Below are positions 1 to 12,400 of a DNA stretch of 64,000 nucleotides, piece after piece (position 1 is the stretch's first letter; the number at the start of each line of letters is the position of its first letter). Source of the stretch: Macrostomum lignano (lineage: Eukaryota); NCBI GenBank assembly GCA_002269645.1, contig NIVC01003292.1, forward strand, positions 1-64,000, read 5' to 3'. A model generated the notes under the pieces. It was not told where the DNA came from. It did not search any database and saw only the letters and a list, made by a program, of their open reading frames with translations. A program made the translations under genes and the position numbers.

Positions 1-134
1 ACTGAGCACTTCTCATGAACATCGTCAATGCATAAGAAATTAATACGAAAACCAAATATCTAAGCAACACGGTAGTTGATCACTCACGCATTCAACTCTT
101 TCCTCTAGATCAACATCAGCCTTAGCAGCCTCTT

Positions 135-3100
135 TCAAATGCTCGTTAGCCATTTGCAGCAGCTTTGATCGGATTCAATGTTCTTAGCAGTATAAGCTTC
201 ATTGTCTATGGCATCGGCAGATTTAGCAGCGGGCTCTGATCCTTGTTCGGCATGCCCGAGGGCTTCGATGCGACTCCTTAACTGGCTGATGGTTTCCGCC
301 TGGGTGCAAGTGGTGCATTTTCAGAGAGAGTCATTCATATGCTTTGACTGTTCCTCGTGTCTACCTTCTCCTCCTCTCCCATCTCCGCTCTCCCTCTACC
401 ATCTCCTATCTCCCTTCTCCCATCTCATATCTCCCTTCTCCTATCTCCCTTCTCCCCTCTCCTATCTCCCTTCTCTCCTCTCCTATCTTCCTTCTCCCAT
501 CTCATATCTCCCTTCGCCCCAAACCGCTCTCGCATTTCCCTTCTATATCCCCCGTATCGACTCTCTCCTCTCCTATCTCCCTATCTGGTCTCTGCATCTG
601 TGTATCTACCATCTAATCTCACACTCAATCTCCAATTCAACTCTATTCTCAAGCCAGTTCCCCTCACCTGCTCCTCAACAGTCAGCCGTGCAGTCTTCAA
701 CTCCTCAGCCAGCAATTCTCGCTCCATCCTGAGTCCATCCAGCATCTCCTGTGAGCAGGCCAGCGTGGCAGTCATGGCGCCTACCTGTCGCTCTCGGTTC
801 TCCTGCTCTTCAACCAGTTCAGCCTCCAGCTCGTGAACCAGAAACGAGTCGTTCTTAAGCAGAGTGGCCCGCATTGCAGACCGGTGCTGATTGGTGGGCG
901 GAGGCGGGTGCGACCTGGCCAGGCTGCTGATATCTGCAGACTCCGCTAGCCGCCTGTGCATATCGCCGATTCTCCTGACTCGAATGTTTACTTCGGCTTC
1001 GATGGCCTCTTTAGTGGAGACGCTCTGAGCAGCGGCCAGCTCCATCTCCAATTTCTCAACTTTATTATTCAAATTTTCCAACTGCTCATCTTGCTGCTCA
1101 GCCTCCGACCTGGCCTCGCCAAGTTGCTCTTCTAATCTATCGATTTTTGCTTGCAGTTCGGCCAGCTTGCGTTTGTGAGCCTCAACCATGCGCTTCTTCA
1201 GGTTGTCGCTGATCCGCTGGGAAGTGTCCAGGTACTCGCGCAGGCGGGTGTCGTGGCGCTCCTGCAAGGGTCAATGGGGAATGGTTTAGTAGTTATAAAT
1301 CAATGTCAGAGGCAAATTTTAAGAATTCAATCGCTAGACTCTAGGAAAAGGAATAGAAATGGCAGATTTTAACCACGAAATGGCAGATTTAACTACAAAA
1401 TGGCAGATTTAACTACAAAATGGCAGATTTAACTACAAAATGGCAGATTTTGAATCTACAAAATGGCAGATTTAACTACAAAATGGCAGATTTTGAATCT
1501 ACAAAATGGCAGATTTAACTACAAAATGGCAGATTTTGAATCTACAAAATGGCAGATTTTGAATCTACAAAATGGCAGATTTTGAATCTACAAAATGGCA
1601 GATTTAACTACAAAATGGCAGATTTAACTACAAAATGGCAGATTTTAGCTACAAAAATGGCAGATTCTGAATCTACAAAATGGCAGATTCTGAATCTACA
1701 AAATGGCAGATACTGAAACTACAAAACGGCAGATTCTGAAACTACAAAATGGCAGATTCTGAAACTACAAAATGGCAGATTCTGAAACTACAAAATGGCA
1801 GATTCTGAAACTACAAAATGGCAGATTCTGAAACTACAAAATGGCAGATTCTGAAACTACAAAATGGCAGATTCTGAAACTACAAAATGGCAGATTCTGA
1901 AACTACAAAATGGCAGATTCTGAAACTACAAAATGGCAGATTCTGAAACTACAAAATGGCAGATTCTGAATCTACAAAATGGCAGATACTGAAACTACAA
2001 AATGGCAGATTCTGAAACTACAAAATGGCAGATTCTGAAACTACAAAATGGCAGATTTTGAAACTACAAAATAATTGAAGAATCTTGGAATAGCATTGCT
2101 CAGTTATATCACAACGTACCTCTTGCAGCTCCTTCTGCTCCTGAAGCTGCTGCTCAAATCGCTCCTCCACCTCGCTCATCAGCCGGTCCCGTTCGGCAAT
2201 GAGCTCGCGTCTAATGCGCATCTCCCGCTCCTCCATCTCCTCCTCTTGCTGCTGCACAGTTTGGCGCAGGTCTCCAATGAGCTTCAGCATCTCCTGCAGT
2301 AGTTTTAGGATTGGATTATCGTTTAATTTAGATATTGAAGTCACTAGATCTATTTATTGAAGCCTCTACATTAATCCAGCTATCTAGACGAGAAATCGAT
2401 AGTTTATCTAGCCGGTTTTTTGAAAACAGATAGAAATGCTTCAGGTCTCACTCTTAGATCTCAGAAATCACCCTTCGATACCCTTCAGGCCTCACCGTTA
2501 GATATCTTTCAGGCCTCACCCTTGGATATCCTTCAGGTCTCACTCTTAGATATCCTTCAGCCCTACTCTTAAATTCATCCGCACTACACTATTGAAAAGA
2601 GCATCATTTAAAGGAGTGCAAACCCACACCTCAAGCACTGCAACTCGCTCATTCCTTACCTCCTTACTACACTGGGCAATGTCGGCCATTTCGAATTCAT
2701 TCGCATCAACGTAGGTCACTTCGTACTGCTGCTCATCCTCGCCATCGGAGTCTTCTTGATGGTCGCCGATCTCGTCTACTATTGGCTCAATTGGCTCAAT
2801 TGGCTTAATCTCCTCCTGTTCATCTTTCTTAGCAACCGTCGTCATAGCAGCCGCAGTAACAACTGTAGCTGTCATAGTTTTAGTCTGATAGACTGGCACA
2901 ATAATAGTAGAATTATTATGACTGCTACTCTTAGCAGTAGCTGTAGTAACCGTAGTAGAAGTCTTATTACTATTAGTAGTAGTAGTAGCCGTAACCTTCC
3001 TAATTCCAATGCCGGGAGAGGCGGCATTCGGAGCGGCCAAGTGAAGCCGGTGCGGGGTCGGCGCCGTCACGGTGATGTTGCTGGCTAGCGCGCTGAATCT

Positions 3101-6100
3101 CAATACGTTTAAAGTGTCATCAAACAGACTGGCGCACCTGCTGATATTCACAATCATAGTGGCCCTGCCGCTGCCGCTGAAGTACGGCTGTATCAACTGG
3201 GTGAGTTTGGACTCGCGGAACGGCACCAGCCTGGCTGATTTCGGATTCTGCTGATTGTGCTGAAGTGTTTCAATGCACCTGCGCAGAGTCAGCAGGCTGC
3301 TGTTGATGCTGCAGGCCTCGCGAGCGCGGTCGTTTGCGCCGATGTTGGCGCCGTATCGGGCTGTGCGCTGGCTCTCTGAACCGGCCAGGTCGCAGAATGT
3401 TAAACTGGACACCTGTTGTTTCCAATGCGTGTTTATGCTGGGCTGTATAATAAACTCTCCGGAATATCTTCATCGGAATTCCCCAGATAAATACAAATTC
3501 AGAATCCTACTTACTGACTGAATTCCCCAGACTCTCTATGTGAATTCTCCAGACTCTCTATGTGAATTCCCCAGACTCTCTATGTGAATTCCCCAGACTC
3601 TCTATGTGAATTCCCCAGACTCTCTATGTGAATTCCCCAGACTCTCTATGTGAATTCCCCAGACTCTCTATCTGAATTCCCCAGACTCTCTAACTGAATT
3701 CCCCAGACTCTCTAACTGAATTCCCCAGACTCTCTATCTGAATTCCCCAGACTCTCTAACTGAATTCCCCAGACTCTCTAACTGAATTCCCCAGACTCTA
3801 TCTGAATTCCCCAGACTCTCTATCTGAATTCCCCAGACTCTCTATCTGAATTCCCCAGATTCTCTATCTGAATTCCTCAGACTCTCCATATGAATTACCC
3901 ATGCTCCCTATCTGAATTCCCCAGACTCCCTATCTGAATTCCCAAGACTCTTTATCTGAATTCCCAAGACCCTCTATCTGAATTCCGCAGACTATCTGAA
4001 TTCCCTAGACTATCTGAATTCCCTAGTAGACTATCTGAATTGCACAACATCTCTATCTGAATTCCCCAGACTATCTGAAATCCCCAGACTCTCTACCTGA
4101 ATTCCCTCGAAAAATGAATCTGAATTCTCTAGAATCCATCTAAATTCCCCCAAAATCCATCTGAATTCCCTAGACTCTCTATCTGAATTCCCCAGAGCCC
4201 CTTACCAATCCAAAATTAGGCGCCTCCTTATCCAAGCAGGTGACCAGGCGAACAGCGAACAGCGAGTGACTCCTGGAGGACTGCTGATTCAGAACGGTAG
4301 CGGCCACGCTCTGGTTCTGTTTGCCCAGCAACACGAGCCTGCAGGCGTCCTGAGCGCTGCACACAGGCAGGCAGCGCAGGCCTTTGATATAAAATTTGCC
4401 TGTCTTGTCCCAACGAACATCCAGAGCAGTCCGGCTCGGCTTCCGGCCGCGTTGAACAATCGGCTCCAGCAGGTCGTACACGACTTCGTTGTAGATCTCG
4501 GCGTACGAAACCCAGACGCAGAAGCGCTTCTGCGATGACGGAACTGACGAAGCATCGCCAATCACTTCGCTGTCTGATTCGCAGGTTGTCGAAGAATCGA
4601 CAGCAGCGTCCGATGACAGGCGGGAATCGAAAATCACTGAATCGCGGGAATTGTTGCACCTGCAGTGGTTTTGCGATGGGGATGCGAGAAAGGATTTATA
4701 TAAGTTGGCTAGGAATTCGATTTAAGATTATTCAGATGGGAGATTTTCCCTGAAAATGGGATATTCTTCAGGAGATGGGAGATTTTAATTAAGAATGGGA
4801 TTTTTTCAAATGAGAGATTTTTCCCTAAAAACGGGATTTTTTCAGAAGATGGGAAATTTTCCCGTAAAATGGGAGATTCTTCAGAATATGGGACATTTTT
4901 CCTTTAAAATGGGATATTTTTCAGAAGATGGGAGATTTTTTCCCTGAAAATGGGATATTATTTTGAAGATGAGATTTTTCCCTGAAAATGGGATTATTTT
5001 CAGAAGACAGGAGATTTTTCCCTAAAAACGGGCGTTTTTTAAAGATGTAATTTTCCCTAAAATGGGATGTTCTTAAAATGGGAGATTTTCCCTGAAAATG
5101 GGATATTCCTAAAATGGGAGATTTTTTCCAAAAAATGGGACATTCTTTAAATGGGAGATTTTATTCGAAAATGGGATTTTCATCAGGATATTGGAGACTT
5201 TTCCCGAAAAATGGGAAACTCGTTACAATATAGGAGATTTTCTGGTAAAAATAGGATATGATGGGAGATTTTTCCCTAAAAATGGGATCCTCTTCAGAAG
5301 ATAGCAGATTTTTCTCTGAAATTGGGAGATTCTTCAGAGGAGCTTCTTTCCCTATTGAAAGGGAAATTCAATAGTTGTAATTAATAAACTGCTGCAAGTA
5401 TACCAACTACAAATAGAAACAACCTACCAGGCGGTTGCCACAGCCTCTCCAGCCTCATAGGACTGCAGTAGGGCTTTGGTTTTCTTAAACGCAGCTTCAG
5501 CATCTCCTCTGGACAGCTGGACAGCTTGGCTAAAACTGTCCGGACGGAATAAACAGCCAGGCTGAGCAGGCGTTGACAACAGGCGGTCGCCAATGTTGTC
5601 GAACAGAGATTTCAGGGCGCGCGGCAGAATGCCGGGTTGGTCGCCGCTGCCCTGCAAAAATGATACGATTAATTTTCTGATTACGCGCTCTGATGTGCCC
5701 CGATGAAAATGGTACCTGTGCCAAAAAGCATCCCAGAGTCACTTGCGTCGCCTTGTTGTAGGTAGGTAATACAGGTAAAATGTAAAAATAAGTGACCCAA
5801 GACTCTGAAACGACCCGGGGCGATTCTACAAATATATCGACTCTGGAGCAAAATATTAGTATCTGAGGAAGTATCTCCCCTCTCTCCTATCTACCTCTCT
5901 CTTATCTACCTCTCTTCTATCTACCTCTCTCCTATCTACCTCTGTCCTATCTACCTCTCTTCTATCTACCTCTCTCCTATCTATCTCTGTCCTATCTACC
6001 TCTACTTATCTACGTCTACTTATCTACGTCTACTTATCTATTTCTCTCCTATCTACCTCTCTTAAGGGGGCCGTAGCCCAGCGGTAGCGCAGCTGCTCTG

Positions 6101-7050
6101 GTGTGCCAGCGGCCCAGGCTCGATTCCAAGTGCAGTCGCATTAATTTGGGGCTGAATTGGAATCTCGACTTGGCTCTGCTCGTGCAATTAACGGCCTTGA
6201 GAGCCAACCCCCCAAGGCGCAGTGAAGTGTACATGCCTAACGATAAAATAAAGTTAGGGCCGCTGTACACTCCTGTGTGAGTGTGTGCCTGTGCGTATGA
6301 CTGCTCAGGGGAGTCAGGCGCCAGGATAACCACAGCCCCTGGCCTCTACATTATAGTATTTATAGCTTCAAAATCCAGCGATGTGAATAGGAGGATTGAA
6401 AGCCAGTCCAACTCACTTGAATAGTATGAGTCTTGCCAGCGCTTGTGACACCATAGCTGAAGACAAGGCCGCTGTGACCTTGCAGCAGCTGCTTGACAAG
6501 GTCAGCCACTGTACCGTCAAACATCTGCGACTGACTGACTGACTCGTTGAACACTCGGCTGAAGGCGAACCGATGCGACAGGCGCTCGCTATCCCGCAGA
6601 TGCCCAGCAGGTGGAGCGTCAGCCGATGCGTTAGCAACAATTGATTTTGGCCCGTCAATTGTGAAGCAGTGCTTCTCTTCGCCAGCAGCGAGCTCGGCTT
6701 CAGTGAGAGGTCGGACTCGCAGGTAGATTTTCATTCGATCCGACACCGCATGCGCTGTTGATGCCGATGCAACGCTGCCAGTCTGCTCTGAGCGGCTGAC
6801 GTCCAGGCTGCTGAATCGCAGCTTCTGACGAATGGACTGCAGTGGCAGTTCAGCTTCCAGCTTGTCAACATCTGGCTGAGGCTGGGGCGCATTGGGGCGC
6901 TTGTTCTGCAGCTCCGCTAGGGTGTCTGGTTAAGTATAAAAAAGAACAGCAGTATCGATTAAATATGATTCTAAATATACAACCTTTGAACTTACACAAG
7001 CCAAGAGACTTGTCGGAGGGCTCTGCAGGTAGACACAGGTTTTTCAACAT
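135..7050 (-). CDS. KIF20: Kinesin-6 family motor (KIF20A/B, MKLP2-like), about 975 aa. Exons: 6996-7050 (tentative first), 6417-6925, 5428-5651, 4206-4659, 2660-3412, 2120-2293, 668-1261, 135-299
   Basis: Motor motifs IYLRVRP, P-loop GVTSAGKT, switch I SSRSH, switch II CDLAGSE and VPFRESKLT. A long insertion after the P-loop exon and the LQHNQQN..RLVPFR segment are typical of kinesin-6; the tail is coiled coil. All junctions are GT-AG and phase-consistent. First and last exons are less certain. Confidence 0.9.
361..600. repeat. Pyrimidine-rich (CT) degenerate tandem repeat in the last kinesin intron
   Basis: Repeated ctcctatctcccttctc-like units; the source of spurious SPISYLP ORFs. Confidence 0.8.
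1358..2070. repeat. Intronic minisatellite, 20/23-bp unit (ctacaaaatggcagatt[ctgaaa]), about 30 copies
   Basis: Visible tandem array filling kinesin intron 1262-2119. Confidence 0.97.
2440..2570. repeat. Intronic 24-bp repeat (gatatccttcaggcctcaccctta), about 5 degenerate copies
   Basis: Tandem units in kinesin intron 2294-2659; expanded in the duplicate at about 22710-22960. Confidence 0.85.
3515..4200. repeat. Intronic 22-bp minisatellite (ctgaattccccagactctctat), about 30 copies
   Basis: Tandem array filling kinesin intron 3413-4205. Confidence 0.97.
4730..5370. repeat. Degenerate intronic repeat, about 20-bp unit (aaaatgggagattttccct)
   Basis: Recurring aaaatggga/gggagatttt units filling intron 4660-5427. 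Confidence 0.85.
5878..6062. repeat. Intronic 15-bp repeat (cctatctacctctct)
   Basis: Tandem units directly upstream of the SINE copy. Confidence 0.9.
6066..6345 (+). mobile_element. tRNA-derived SINE, internally deleted copy
   Basis: Head GGGGGCCGTAGCCCAGCGG (pol III A box) and GGCTCGATTCC (B box); body nearly identical to 42900-43275. Confidence 0.8.
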
Positions 7051-7065
7051 ATTATAGTATATGCC

Positions 7066-9621
7066 CCCTATTGGAATAAATGTTGAAAACTTGTGGACAC
7101 ACGCTTTAGAAAAAGAGTCAAATTATTTTACCGCACTTTATGATTATTAGAAATCATTTTCTGTCGAAATCAAAATTTGCCAACTTTTGAAATCGTAATT
7201 AAAATTTTCCAAAATCAAAATTCAGAAAAACAAAGTTTACTATGACCAAAACTCACTTTTTACTATTGATTTACTGCTCATGCAAAACAAAATACATGGA
7301 TATATAGCGCAAATTAGTTTATTTTTAGCCACTTTTTATACGCTTCCAAAATTTTCACTTCTAAATTGTTTTGAAATCGAAATTCCATTTTGGAAAATCA
7401 AAATCAAAATTTTTGAACATGTCTAAGCATTATACAAGAAATACGAGTGTATAAGCCCCTTCCACAAAGGTATTAGACCCTCTTCCATGTATATTTATTT
7501 TCTAGAGCAGCAGCCAGTAGGAAAAGGGCAGCTTTAATAAAGGGCAATTTAGAAAAAATTTGAAAGTGCGCCAGACACTTTCCGCGGTTTTACAACTTTT
7601 TCCTATAGGGTATATGCCTCTTTAACTGATAGGCATCTCACCTTGAAGGTTTTATTTCATATACAATTATTATTCATCACTATACCTAAAAAACAAAAAA
7701 TAATTATAGCATGGCTTAATTTATTGGCTTTATAAATCTTTTCTACCATCTACGAGGGCTGAGCAATAAGTTTCCGGATGTTGCCCAGACAGAAATAGTT
7801 AGAGAGAAAAAAACAGTTACATCTTTTCAAAGTACTCTCCAGCAGATTCGATGCAAATTTTCATGCGCTCAAACCACTTGCTGAAGCAGCTGGACCAATC
7901 TGAAGCAGGCACCTCCACCGCATGCCGGATGAAGGCCTCCACTGCAGCTTCTGGTGATCCATAGCGGATTCCACGCATCCTGCGCTTGATTTGTGGAAAC
8001 ACAAAAAAGTCGCAGGGGGCCAGGTCGGGGCTGTAGGGTGGATGACCGAGCTTTTGAATGCGCTCTCCGGCCAGAAACTCCGCCATCTGTCATGCCTTGT
8101 GGGCCGGGGCGTTGTTGTGATGGAGAAGGATGCCCCGAGCTCGAGTCCTTGGGCGACGCCTGGAGAGAGCGCTCAGCACTTCTGGCAGGCAAACATTGGC
8201 ATACCAGTCACCGGTGACTGTGCCCTGCTGCACGAGTGGAACCGTGGCCAGATGACCGGTTTTCGCCACAAAAACGGCCACCATCTGCTTCGCCACGCTG
8301 CGCTCTCGCCGAAGCTTGGATGGTGGGTGCCGCCAACTGGAGTCCACTGGGCCGACTGCTGCTTAGTCTCCGGGTCGAAACTATAGATACAGGACTCGTC
8401 ACCACTGACAATATCCCAGACCGAGTTTGAGCTGCCTCCGTTGAATCTGTCGAGCATGGTGCGGCACCAGGTCACCCGAGCCTCCTTCTGCTCCGGAGTC
8501 AGCTGATGAGGCATCCAGCGTGCAGAAATCTTGCTCCGGTTGAGCTGCGAATGCAGGATCGTCCTGATGGATCCTGATGAGATGCCCATCTCTGCCTCTA
8601 TCTGGGCCACAGTCACTCGGGCATCATCCTCAACCATGGCCCGGACAGCAGCAACATTATCCTCGGTCGTCGCGGAGACCGGCCGGCCACTGCGCTCCTC
8701 ATCATCCAGACTCTGCCTGCCGCGTCGAAATTCGGCAAACCAGTCAAAAACGGTGGATCTAGATGTGCTTCATCCCCAAAAGCTCCTTGCAATCGCTCAA
8801 CTTTCTTGCTGCCGCAAACCACTTTTATAATCGTAATAAATCATTGCTCTAAAATGACTCCTATTGAGCTCCATTGTGAATTTGATAGATAGGGTGGGTA
8901 TGCTAGCTTGGTTTGGGTGCTGCACTGGCTATATATGACCAGTGTGTCTGAAACTTTACAAACATTGTACTTATATAATGTACTTGACACCTATGGTGTC
9001 AGATTTTGTCAGCCGCCTCTCAACTATGCACATCCAGAAACTTATTGCTCAGCCCTCATATTGCACATATTGTTACAGTCAGCTAAGAATCATAAAATAG
9101 ATTCATAAAACCAATAACATAAGCTATGCTATTTTTATATAGTATTTTTAAGTATAGGACACATTTAGATTAACCTAGAATGCTGACTTTCTATACAAAA
9201 GGCTTTATGAATATCCATAATTATAAGAAAGCTAAAACATATTAAAAGATAAACATTAGGTCTAGCTCCTATTGAAAGCAATTATTTCTGTGCAAAAAAA
9301 GCTCTTTTTTCAAGGTAATGAAGAAGCATTAAAAGTGGCTAAAAAGTGTATAAAAGAGCGGCTAAAAATAAACTAATTTATGCTACATATGCATATATTT
9401 TGTCTTGCATAAGTAGTAAATCAAGAATAAAAAAAATGAGTTTTGGTCATACTAAACTTTTTTTTAATTTTGATTTTGGAAAATTTTAATTATGATTTTG
9501 GAAAGTAAACAAATTTTGATTTTGACAGAAAATGATTTCTAAGAATCCTAAAATGTGGTAAAATAATTGGACTTTTTATAAAGCATGTGACTACAAGTCT
9601 TTAATATTTATTCCAATAGGG
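7066..9621. mobile_element. Foldback/MITE-like DNA element with about 290-bp diverged inverted arms, hosting a mariner
   Basis: 7066-7350 (ccctattggaataaa...ctatgaccaaaactca...) is the reverse complement, with mismatches, of 9335-9621 (...tgagttttggtcatac...tttattccaataggg). No TSD found. Confidence 0.7.
7751..9060 (-). mobile_element. Full-length mariner transposon with a frameshifted, inactive transposase (ATG at 8874, stop at 7817)
   Basis: 30-bp TIRs including the TA target site (tacgagggctgagcaataagtttccggatg / catccagaaacttattgctcagccctcata). Motifs WMPHQL, SGDESCIY, LHHNNAPAH (second Asp appears mutated) and HPPYSPDLAPCDF are split over several frames. Confidence 0.95.
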
Positions 9622-9667
9622 TTTATTCCCATAGGTATAAGGCCATATATATCAAATATATCATTAT

Positions 9668-10530
9668 TAGTGTTCCGCTGTAGCCATAGTGGAGGGATCC
9701 TATGGCAAATATGGTAAAATAGGTGCCTATGGCAGCTATGGATATGCCTACAGTAGCTAGCTGCTCTTATAGCTATGACTATGGAAATATGGTAGTTGCT
9801 ATCACATTCAGCAGATTCCCACAGCCATAGTTATCAACGTTAAAAAAATTGAAAAAATATTAGAAACAGGTAGAGTAAAACAAAGATACTTTTAGTTAGT
9901 GTTCCACCGTAAGGAGGGTCAATGTACCATAGCTGTAGCCATAAGCAAAACTATGGCTTATTCCAATTCGCCGTAGGGACCCCGAAATTACCATATTCCC
10001 ATAGTTCCCATAGCTATAGCCGTAGTTTTAACAAAAAGTCTAGAAAACAAAATATTTTGAATCAAGAAGATAACCTAGTGCTAAACAACTGCAAATTAAG
10101 TTAGAAAATAAAAGAAACATTTGATTGCCCTTGTATTGTAAGATTATATTTTGTCTTTTTTTAGAGCAACAATCCCAATTGTTACTAAAAGTACTAATGC
10201 TAAACTTTTTCACATTAATTAAAATTAGAGTTTGCTTGTATTTTATTGTACTTTTTTAGATATATTTTATAAGTTTCTAGGTTGATAATACAGTTTACTA
10301 AAAGTATATTTGTTTTATTCTACCTGTTTCTAATATTTTTTCAATTTTTTAATATTAATAAATATGGCTATGGGAATCTATGGAATGTGACAGCAACTAC
10401 CATATTTCTGTAGTTGTAGCCATAAGAGCAGCTAGCTACCATAGGTGTATTTGTAGCTGCCGTAGGCACCTATTTTACCATATTTGCCGTAGAATCCTGT
10501 AGCCGTAGCTACAGCTATGGCAGAACACTA
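9668..10530. mobile_element. MITE with about 170-bp inverted arms and hAT-like termini TAGTGTTC...GAACACTA
   Basis: 9668-9830 is the reverse complement of 10365-10530, rich in CCATAG/CTATGG motifs; no ORF; no matching TSD seen. Confidence 0.75.
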
Positions 10531-12400
10531 CTTCAGGAAAACTGAAGGACCTTTGTAGGAATTTTAGGCATTCATTTTAGAGAATTTTTTTTATTTTTGG
10601 TGTACACTGGCATACATTTAGCTGAGATAGGATTTTTGTTCTGGCATACATTACTATACTATCTAGACCCTGGACAAAAGGAATTATTATAATGTAATAA
10701 TTCTGTTTTAGCATCAATCTTCCTAGTTAGGCATTCCAATGAGGTTTGTGAAATATGTCCCAAAACACGAAAAACGTGAAAATGTGTCCTACGTAGAATG
10801 AAGAAAAAAGGTACTAAATTACAAAATAAAGACAAACTGAAATATACAACAGAAACTAGACAAATTATACTTTCCAAAATGTGTTGAACATTCTTATAGT
10901 ATGACATAAGAAAAAAGTTATACGTGTCGAAAGTTACCACAAAAAGCGTCACAAATACGAAATGAAGCCAATCGTAAAAATGAGGGTTCATACGGCCAAT
11001 TGAAATATCACCTTAAAGCGTGCTAGGAATAACAAATTAAATGAAAGGAATGAATAAAGGATATAGTAAAGCACAAATTTTGCAATAAAAAAATGAAAAA
11101 AAAATTTCTAAGCCCCCTCTACTGTCAGTTGAAAATTTTCAACACGTTTTTCTTTGTGTCGTCATGAAAGGCTGCATTTTAAACAATTCAATTTGATATG
11201 CGGGTAACCTTTGCTCCATTTTGCCAAAAAGAGGCATCTCGAATGACTTGCTGCAAGGCAGCTGAGCCTCTGTTCCTTTATACATGTAAACTGCCATTAA
11301 GAAGACAATAAAGTTGATGTCTCTCTTTACAGATGCAGAGACAAGGAAATTAAACATGTTTAATATGCAGATTTCCATGTTGAATGACATGGTATAAGTC
11401 CCATTGCATGAAGTTTGCCGCAAGGTCAATATTTAAGTTAACCTGCCAAAAATGCGCGTCTACTTGTAGTAGATAAATGGTAAATTTGCAGATTTTTTTT
11501 CATTTTTTTTATTTTGCTTTTTTTGATCAATATGATGTCTTTAATGAAACTGAATGCAAAGAGGGCATGTATAGGAAATATAAAAATGCAAAAAAATGAC
11601 ACCAAACATATTAAAATTGGATAAGGGACAAAAAAGTTATAAATAAAAGTATATGAAAAATTGTACTTTTTGTGCAAAAAAGGTCACAGGCTGTAATGCA
11701 AAAATGCCATAAGGAATTACAAAATTTTCTACAACTAAAAATGCTATAACTTTTTTATTCCTTGACAGAAATTAACAAGTGAGGCCATTTTGGATTTTGG
11801 TTGCAGAGATCTACTTAGCTGCCCAAAAATATCCAAGAATAAAAAATGTTTCAAAACCTTACTGGAACCCCTATCCTAGTTACTAGGCCTATCAATAGGA
11901 AAATGGAAATGAGTGAAATGTATAGACCTAGGCTTATTATTATTTATTTAGACATTTATATCTGTGGCTACCTTGTGTGTGGCCATCTTGGTAATATGCC
12001 AAATTGGCTTATTAGGTTAGGCCTAGGCTTAAATAAATTTGCATGCCAATATTGAAAAAGAATTTGACCCAGTACAACATCTATACATGTTTATAATTTA
12101 TACATTTGATATTGATCCTGATTCCACTCCAATATTCCCAAAATCCCAGGACCCTTGCAAAAAATGGAATCCTGATCTAACTCAAACACAACTTTGTTTG
12201 TTGTTGTCCAACCTGTACAAATTATAATAGTAATAAATTATAATAATAATAAATAATAATAATAATAAATAACCTATTAATAATAGGTTAAATACTTGAT
12301 TAAAAAGACTTACTTTTAACTTGATCCATATATTGCCCTGTGATAAACTGAAAGAATAATCAGTCTAGACTTGTCATGCGTGCCATACCGTGCAGGATGA

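Noticed and set aside
6066-6135. tRNA gene (also 42900-42970)
   Set aside because: A and B boxes are present but no complete cloverleaf; the sequence continues into a shared body with a TSD, so it is a SINE head.
11139-11429. Possible decayed transposase text in AT-rich DNA
   Set aside because: All frames are interrupted and no motif could be assigned with confidence.
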